Below the pieces are notes generated by a model that was given only the letters and a program-made list of their open reading frames with translations, was not told where the DNA came from and did no database searches. A stretch of DNA of 40,729 nucleotides from Octopus sinensis (Eukaryota), in assembly GCF_006345805.1 (NCBI RefSeq), contig NW_021835330.1, positions 1 through 40,729 of the forward strand, given 5' to 3'. Positions 34,034-40,729 of the stretch are shown in pieces. Position numbers and translations under genes: made by a program. How positions within the stretch are numbered: the first letter of the stretch is position 1; each line of letters starts with the position of its first letter.

Positions 34034-34209
34034 ATACATATACATATACATATATATACATATATATATATATATATACTACTAATATAGGATGAAGTTT
34101 TTTTCCCTACAGAAAAAAATTTCATCAAAAAGTGTGGCAGCATATTAAAATACCTTTACGGTTAAAATTATAAACAACTTATAAGTAAGGGCTAAAGATT
34201 TTTCTTTAG

Positions 34210-34268
<59 letters not shown>

Positions 34269-34594
34269 GTAGGTGGCATACGAGTGGGTATACATTTATA
34301 ACAAAGAAGTTTGAAAAGTCCACTATATAAGATAAATTTCAATTTTCTTAGAGATTTTACACGTTTCGGTTCTTCTTGAAAAAACGAACCTTATCAAAAA
34401 TATTTTTAAAAGTTAAGAGTAATAAAAAAACGTTCATAAATGTTTCTTACTAGTTTCAACAGAGTCCACGTGGTGGTGTTTTGTGGGCGGTGGGGGGGGG
34501 GGGCATAATGGCTGTCTTGTGCGTTGACTAGATTCGTTGACTATAATTGTGAAAATGAATAAATAAATACATATATATATATATATATATTATA

Positions 34595-34754
34595 TTCCCT
34601 TCTCGGGATCTTTCCTTCTCCTTTGTTTCCGACGAAGAGCTCCGCTCGAAACATTGAAACCCTCCTTCCCTTCTTTCCTGAGCGTCCAATAATACTTTAT
34701 TTGTTCCACGTCCTCGCGTTGCTGTGTTTTTTTTGTGTTTTCTTGTTTGGATTA

Positions 34755-34760
<6 letters not shown>
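34595..34760 (+). mobile_element. Penelope-like terminal repeat (second family) with decayed hammerhead
   Basis: GTTTCCGACGAAGAGCTCCGCTCGAAACATTGAAAC; homologous to the reverse complement of about 39735-39890. Confidence 0.7.
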
Positions 34761-34810
<50 letters not shown>

Positions 34811-34812
<2 letters not shown>

Positions 34813-34930
34813 CCTGCTTGCTTAGCCAGAGGGGTGACGTCATTTCAAGGCTAAAACAATGCGAAGCGCATTGTGACCAGCGATGTGTAGCAACATCTGA
34901 TAGCCTGGTCGGTCACGGTGATCACAGTGA
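34811..34930 (+). mobile_element. ~118-bp multi-hairpin element inside (TA)n, copy 2
   Basis: See 27207-27324. Confidence 0.8.
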
Positions 34931-34942
34931 TACATATATATA

Positions 34943-35003
<61 letters not shown>

Positions 35004-35475
35004 TGTATTCACGGAGAGACAGAGAGTCTGTTGAAAGTGAGTAAGAGAAAAAATATGCTTCATCGAGCAACTGTACTCCAGGTGCTGTGTGTAATGTATA
35101 TATTAACGAAAACGCAGTCGATACGACATGACGTGAGTAAAGATCCAAAATGAAATTAATATTGCGTCAGGGGAGTAGATCTTAAACAGCCTTCACTCAG
35201 TGTCATTGCTGAGTGAGGACTAGGCTTTTATATCACGTGTGTGTTCTTGTCCAATGATTGACGTAATTTGAATATACAATATCTTTCCTGTGAGTGTAGA
35301 AAATAGCTATAATGAATAGATACCTGTGAGTGTGTGTGAATGCATGTGTGTGGGGGTGCGTGAGGGTATGCGTGTGTGTGTGTTTGTGTGTGTGTGTACA
35401 TATACATATAACATGCGTATATATAAATTCCCTCCGATAAAAGAAAAATATGTAATGACAATTATTTTAAACTCA

Positions 35476-35897
35476 TTTCTTATTTTTTTATTGCCCACAA
35501 GGGGCTAAATATAGAGGGGGCAAACAAGGACAGACAAACGGATTTAGCCGATTGCATCGACCCCAGTGCGTAACGGGTACTTAATTTATCGACCCCGAAA
35601 GGATGAAAGGCAAAGTTGACCTCGGCGGAATTTGAACTCAGAACGCAGCGGCGAACGTAATACCTATTTCTTTATTACCCACAAGGGGCTAAACATAGAG
35701 GGGACAAACAAGGACAGACATAGGTATTAAGTCGATTACATCGACTCCAGTGCCTAACTGGTACTTATTTAATCGACCCAGAAAGGATGAAAGGCCAAGT
35801 CGACTTCGGCGGAATTTGAACTCAGAACGTAACGGCAGACGAAATACGGCTACGCACTTCGCCCGGCGTGCTAACGTTTCTGCCAGCTCGCCGCCTT
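35476..35897 (-). mobile_element. SINE family A dimer
   Basis: Junction AATACC (GGTATT on the - strand) at 35659-35664. Confidence 0.92.
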
Positions 35898-35995
35898 ATT
35901 TCTTGTAGAATCACTGTGTAAAAACCAGTAGTCTGGAGCCCATCCATGAATTCTCATTGTAATAATTAATAAATGTATATAACCTATTATAAATA

Positions 35996-36026
<31 letters not shown>

Positions 36027-36172
36027 GCATGTATGTATGATTGAATTAGTTGGAGTCAACAAAAAGGAGTGCGGTTGGAGATTTATCTGTAATCGCTACA
36101 AGTGTTTCTACGTAACGTAATTTCCAGGCTTGCAGGTACTTGGTTATGTAACTGCTTACCTACATTATGAGA

Positions 36173-36560
36173 TGGTGGAGGCGCAATGGCCCAGTGGTTA
36201 GGGCAGCGGACTCGCGGTCGTAGGATCGCGGTTTCGATTCCCAGACCGGGCGTTGCGAGTGTTTATTGAGCGAAAACACCTAAAGCTCCATGAGGCTCCG
36301 GCAGGGGATGGTGGTGATCCCAGCTGTACTCTTTCACCACAACTTTCTCTCACTCTTACTTCCTGTTTCTGTTGTACCTGTATTTCAAGGGGCCGGCCTT
36401 GTTACTCTCTGTGTCACGCTGAATATCCCCGAGAACTACGTTAAGGGTGCACGTGTCGGTGGAGTGCTCAGTCACTTACACGTTAATTTCACGAGCAGGC
36501 TGTTCCGTTGATTCGGATCAACCGGAACCCTCATCGTCGTAACCGACGGAGTGCTTCCAT
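36173..36560 (+). mobile_element. SINE family C, young
   Basis: Nearly identical to 32859-33245. Confidence 0.92.
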
Positions 36561-36879
36561 ACCTGTCTGTTATAGCATGGAGTTAATAGTAGCCACTGAG
36601 TAAGTGTAATCAACCATGAAAAGCAAATCAACAATACAACGAAATCAATATAAGCCCTCAACAGGAAAAAGAAGCTTTTCCCATGCCCCTTTATTAGACT
36701 AGTTTCTTTAGTCATTGCGCGGTGATCGCTATAAGCTTATAAAATACTATTCTTTACAAAATTGTGAAAGTCGGCACTGCCTAACAAAATCGCATTCGCA
36801 GTAAAAAAGCACATGAAAGTTTGTTTACAAAAACAACTCAGAACTAATTATAGTTCTTAAATCTGACAGAAAAAGGTAT

Positions 36880-36956
36880 GCCGGTTCATTAGTGGAATCG
36901 GTAGCACACTGGGTCGCAAAACAGAGAGGTGTGGGTTAGAGTCCCACGCGTTCGGG
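36880..36956 (+). pseudogene. Decayed tRNA-like sequence
   Basis: D-arm-like GTGGAATCGGTAGCAC and T-arm GTGGG-TTAGAGT-CCCAC; acceptor and anticodon stems are broken. Confidence 0.4.
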
Positions 36957-37056
36957 AAATCCTACATTCTCTGTCGAAGGCCCAATTAATAGACTATTTT
37001 CATTGCGCAGTGATCGCTAAAAGCTTTAAGCTTATAAAATACTATTATTATTTACA

Positions 37057-37106
<50 letters not shown>

Positions 37107-37429
37107 AGGTACTTTTGTGAGGTATAACTTTAAAGAATGTGGCTGTGTAAAGCCGGAACAATGCGAGAAGGTACAAAATAAACTATAAAGTGAAAAGAAA
37201 ACAAGACACCACCACACACACACACATATCTGAGCAACAAACGTTTTCCAACCACCGCTTTTCCGAATGTCCTGGAGAAGGGATCTTCACCCCGAAATAT
37301 TGAAATACAAGTTAACATTGCTACTTTGTTCTTTTGTTTCCTTTTCCTTTAGTCATTTACTCTGTACCTTCTCGCATTGCTTTGGCTTAACACAACTATA
37401 TTGTGATATATATATACATATATATATAT

Positions 37430-37631
37430 TTAATGTAGGATAAAATTTTTGTTTCGAAAAAAATTTTATCAATGCCCAGCATATTAAAAAATTACCTTTA
37501 AAGGTTAAAATTATAAACAACTTATAAATAAGGGCAAACAAAAAAATTTCTAATGCCAAATATGCCAAATATGTCCAATTTTCGGCATATTTGGCATTAG
37601 AATTTTTTTCGTTTGCCCTTATTTATAAGTT
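37430..37631. mobile_element. Fold-back/MITE-like element
   Basis: Palindrome 37519-37631; the left part is homologous to about 34085-34212. Confidence 0.65.
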
Positions 37632-37729
37632 ATATATATATATAAATATATATATATACTCATATACATACATACTACATACATACATACATACATACAT
37701 ACATACATACATACATACATACATACAAC

Positions 37730-38425
37730 TACCCTCGTTGCTACATCTGAACAACATAAAACAACTTAGAATATGCAAACATCAAACTTCCCTTACCTCG
37801 ACATTCCTGTTAAATGTACATGGCATCAACCCATCACTCATTGCCCAAAAATGGAAGATGCCATATATAGAGAGTTGGCTTGCCAAAACGGCATATTGCT
37901 TCCCCTTCTTTATCCTTACTGAAACTCACCTAAACAGCACACATATGGATGCCGAGGTGAAAATAAAAGATTTTACCATCATCCGTGCAGATCGGACAGA
38001 CCGAAATGAAAGGGAGACAGCCATCTTTCTCCATGACTCCTTATCAGTTGATGCCAAGGACATATTTTCCAATGCCTATTGCGATCTATATCACCTATTC
38101 AACAAGGCCAAAGACATAATCATTGTTGGTCTTTACAGGCCTCCCCCAAAATTCTCAATAATGCTTTGAAGAGTGCCTCAATAAAATCAAGTCCTTCCTT
38201 CAAAAATACAACTCCGGAAACATGCTCAAAACACGCATCTACGAAATCTACAAACACAAACAGAAACCAGCTCCCTAGAAAGAAAAAAAAACACTCATCA
38301 GGCGCATCAAAAGACTCAATAAAAAAAAATCAACCTATTAAAATACTCCCACATACAACATCCACATTCAACAACACTGAAAAGGCTGGACTTGGAAAAG
38401 CTTCGTCTGCCGATCAACATGAAGA
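37730..38425 (+). pseudogene. CR1/Jockey-group LINE endonuclease fragment
   Basis: LLNVHGINPS...FFILTETHLN...IKDFTIIRADRTDR...IIVGLYRPP. Confidence 0.8.
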
Positions 38426-38479
38426 CCAACATACATACATACATACATACATACATACATACATACATACATACATACA

Positions 38480-38509
<30 letters not shown>

Positions 38510-38510
<1 letters not shown>

Positions 38511-38714
38511 TGGATTGTCTGGAAAGTTAGTGCCGATTTTTAAAGGAAAGAAAAAGGTCAATAAATACTTTTTTAATCAACCAAATATGAACCATTTTGT
38601 TGCACAATCTTTCCTTTACTTTGAAAATACCTTCTTCCCAGAATTGAGGTGCCTGGGAGGGTAAGTCGAAAGGTAAGCTACTATAAATCGGCACGAACTT
38701 TCCGGACAGCCCAA
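38510..38714. mobile_element. 205-bp Tc1/mariner-type MITE in (CATA)n
   Basis: TIRs TTGGATTGTCTGGAAAGTTAGTGCCGATTT / AAATCGGCACGAACTTTCCGGACAGCCCAA with TA flanks. Confidence 0.88.
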
Positions 38715-38772
38715 TACGTACATACATACATACATAATACATACATACATACATACATACATACATACATAC

Positions 38773-39235
38773 ATACCTATTTCTTTACTACCCACAAGGG
38801 GCTAAACACAGAGAGGACAAACAAGGATAGACAAATGGATTAAGTCGATTATATCGTCCCCAGTGCGTAACTGGTACTTATTTAATCGACCCTGAGAGGA
38901 TGAAAGGCAAAGTTGACCTCGGCGGAATTTGAACTCAGAACGCAGCGGCGGACGAAATACCACAAAGCATTTCGCCCGGCTGCTAACGTTTCTGCCAGCT
39001 CGCCGTCTTACATGCATACCATTGTCTCAAGTTTTGGGTTAAGGCCAGTAATTTTAGGCGAACGGAATGGATGTAATCCACTCCAGGACTTGACTGTTAC
39101 TTTATTTTATCAATCCTGAATGGATGAAAGGCAACGTTGACCTCGGTGATAGTTAAATTCAGAATGTAAAGAGTAGTAGTAATGCCGCTAAGCAATTTAT
39201 GCGACGCGCTAACGATTCTGGCAACTCGCCGACTT
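38773..39235 (-). mobile_element. SINE family A (38773-39007) and degraded A2 (39030-39235)
   Basis: Two cores. Confidence 0.88.
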
Positions 39236-39254
39236 TATATATACAGAGATACAC

Positions 39255-39285
<31 letters not shown>

Positions 39286-39364
39286 ATTGTGTGTTTATAC
39301 ATATATAAGCAGACATATAAGCATATACACACTCATAAACACACACGCACACACACACACGTCT

Positions 39365-39599
39365 ATGTATGTACGTGTGTGTGTTTGTGTGTCTGTATTT
39401 GTGCCCCCAGCATCGCTTGGCAACCAATGCTGGTGTGTTTACGTCCCCGTAACTTAATGGTTCGGCAAAAGACCGATAGAATAAGTACCAGGCTTACAAA
39501 AAAATAAGTTTTGGGGTCGATTTGCTCGACTAAAGGCGGTGTTCCAGTATGGCCGCAGTCAAATGACTGAAACAAGTAAAAGAATAATACAATAAAAGA

Positions 39600-39600
<1 letters not shown>
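39365..39600 (+). mobile_element. SINE family B, 3' half
   Basis: CATCGCTTGGCAACCAATGCTGGTGTG...CAAATGACTGAAACAAGTAAAAGA. Confidence 0.88.
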
Positions 39601-39646
<46 letters not shown>

Positions 39647-39664
39647 TGTGTGTGTGTGCGTGCG

Positions 39665-39722
<58 letters not shown>

Positions 39723-39734
39723 GTTAATCCAAAC

Positions 39735-39935
39735 ATGAAAACACAAAGAGAAAACACAACAACGTGAGGACGTGGAACAAATATAGTATTATTGGACGCT
39801 CAGGAAGGAACGGAAGAAGGACGTTTTAACGTTTCGAGCGGAGCTCTTCGTCAGAAACATAGGAAAAGGAAAGATCCAGAGAAGGGAAGATGGAGGAGAA
39901 AAAATCGCCAACGGTACACACACGATCACATCCAT
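39735..39935 (-). mobile_element. Penelope-like terminal repeat (second family) with intact hammerhead core
   Basis: The - strand reads GTTT-CTGACGA-A-GAGC-TCC-GCTC-GAAAC-GTT-AAAAC (39823-39858). Confidence 0.72.
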
Positions 39936-39945
39936 ATATATAAGA

Positions 39946-40026
<81 letters not shown>

Positions 40027-40162
40027 AGATTAATCAGCCGAAATTGCGAAGATGATCCGGTTCTTGACTGATGACTGAGGGCTTCGAAAGTCCCGTCCGT
40101 GTTTTTTGTGTCGTCTTCTAAATGTTTCACGTTCTTGTCCCAGTTTGTATATTTTTTTTACT

Positions 40163-40193
<31 letters not shown>

Positions 40194-40729
40194 GAAAGTA
40201 AAGTTAGGGGTTATGTACGGATCTATAATCTGCAAGATAGCCGATGCTGACATCATCAACCGGAAAAGTAACCTCTCCTGAACATATTGGCACCTAATTT
40301 CCTATGTAGAAGACTATGGTTTCACCGTCTGGAACATGAGATTGCTACTAAATATCTGATTAATAAGGAGGATAAGAAGTTTCCAAACCTGTCGCTTTAT
40401 GATAGAAGATATTGATTTTACTACAGTAGCGTAGGTGATATCTTCCATATGCGAGATAGGATGGATTGTCCGGGTGGTCATACAAGATGTAGTCCAGAAC
40501 TAGAATCTATCCACACCTTTACAAACACAAAATCCAAAATCCAAAATCGGCAATCTGGTACAAAGACAGCGGATTTGATACTGTTCTATGTGACACGGAA
40601 TAAAAGTTATGCACAGTATTTCTCGTCTAAAGTTTCAGGAAAAACCAAAGAAATATGGAAAGAAAATATTCACGGTAAATTAATGCAAAAACCTCAGCAC
40701 TTATATTTTAGCTAGTGATTTTTATCCAT

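Noticed and set aside
40061-40097. Hammerhead-like CTGATGA...GAAAGTC
   Set aside because: No credible stem II or stem I pairing.
40530-40567. Kinase-like IADFG after an AG on the - strand
   Set aside because: A stop follows within a few codons, no other kinase motifs are present, and the match lies in a short TTTTGGA repeat.

Overview
AT-rich animal intergenic or intronic DNA made almost entirely of transposon debris and microsatellites. The repeat families look like octopus (cephalopod) SINEs from memory, unconfirmed. No host protein-coding exon, rRNA, intact tRNA or CRISPR array is supported, and most ORFs in the supplied track are microsatellite artefacts. Contents: three tRNA-headed SINE families (A, B, C; about 30 copies); about 12 fragments of R4/Dong-type restriction-like-endonuclease LINEs, all on the + strand and stacked in (AAT)n tracts; two clear and one tentative L1/Tx1-type remnants (all - strand); RTE, CR1-like and Penelope fragments; Helitron ends with a RepHel fragment; internally deleted Tigger and mariner elements; a FLYWCH/MULE transposase fragment; and several MITE-like palindromes. 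Best leads: (1) minimal hammerhead-ribozyme motifs in two Penelope-like terminal repeat families, (2) SINE-A head-to-tail multimers with recurring microhomology junctions, (3) an (AAT)n-targeted R4/Dong stack with candidate non-autonomous partners, (4) a fixed-boundary ~118-bp four-hairpin element found only inside (TA)n tracts.
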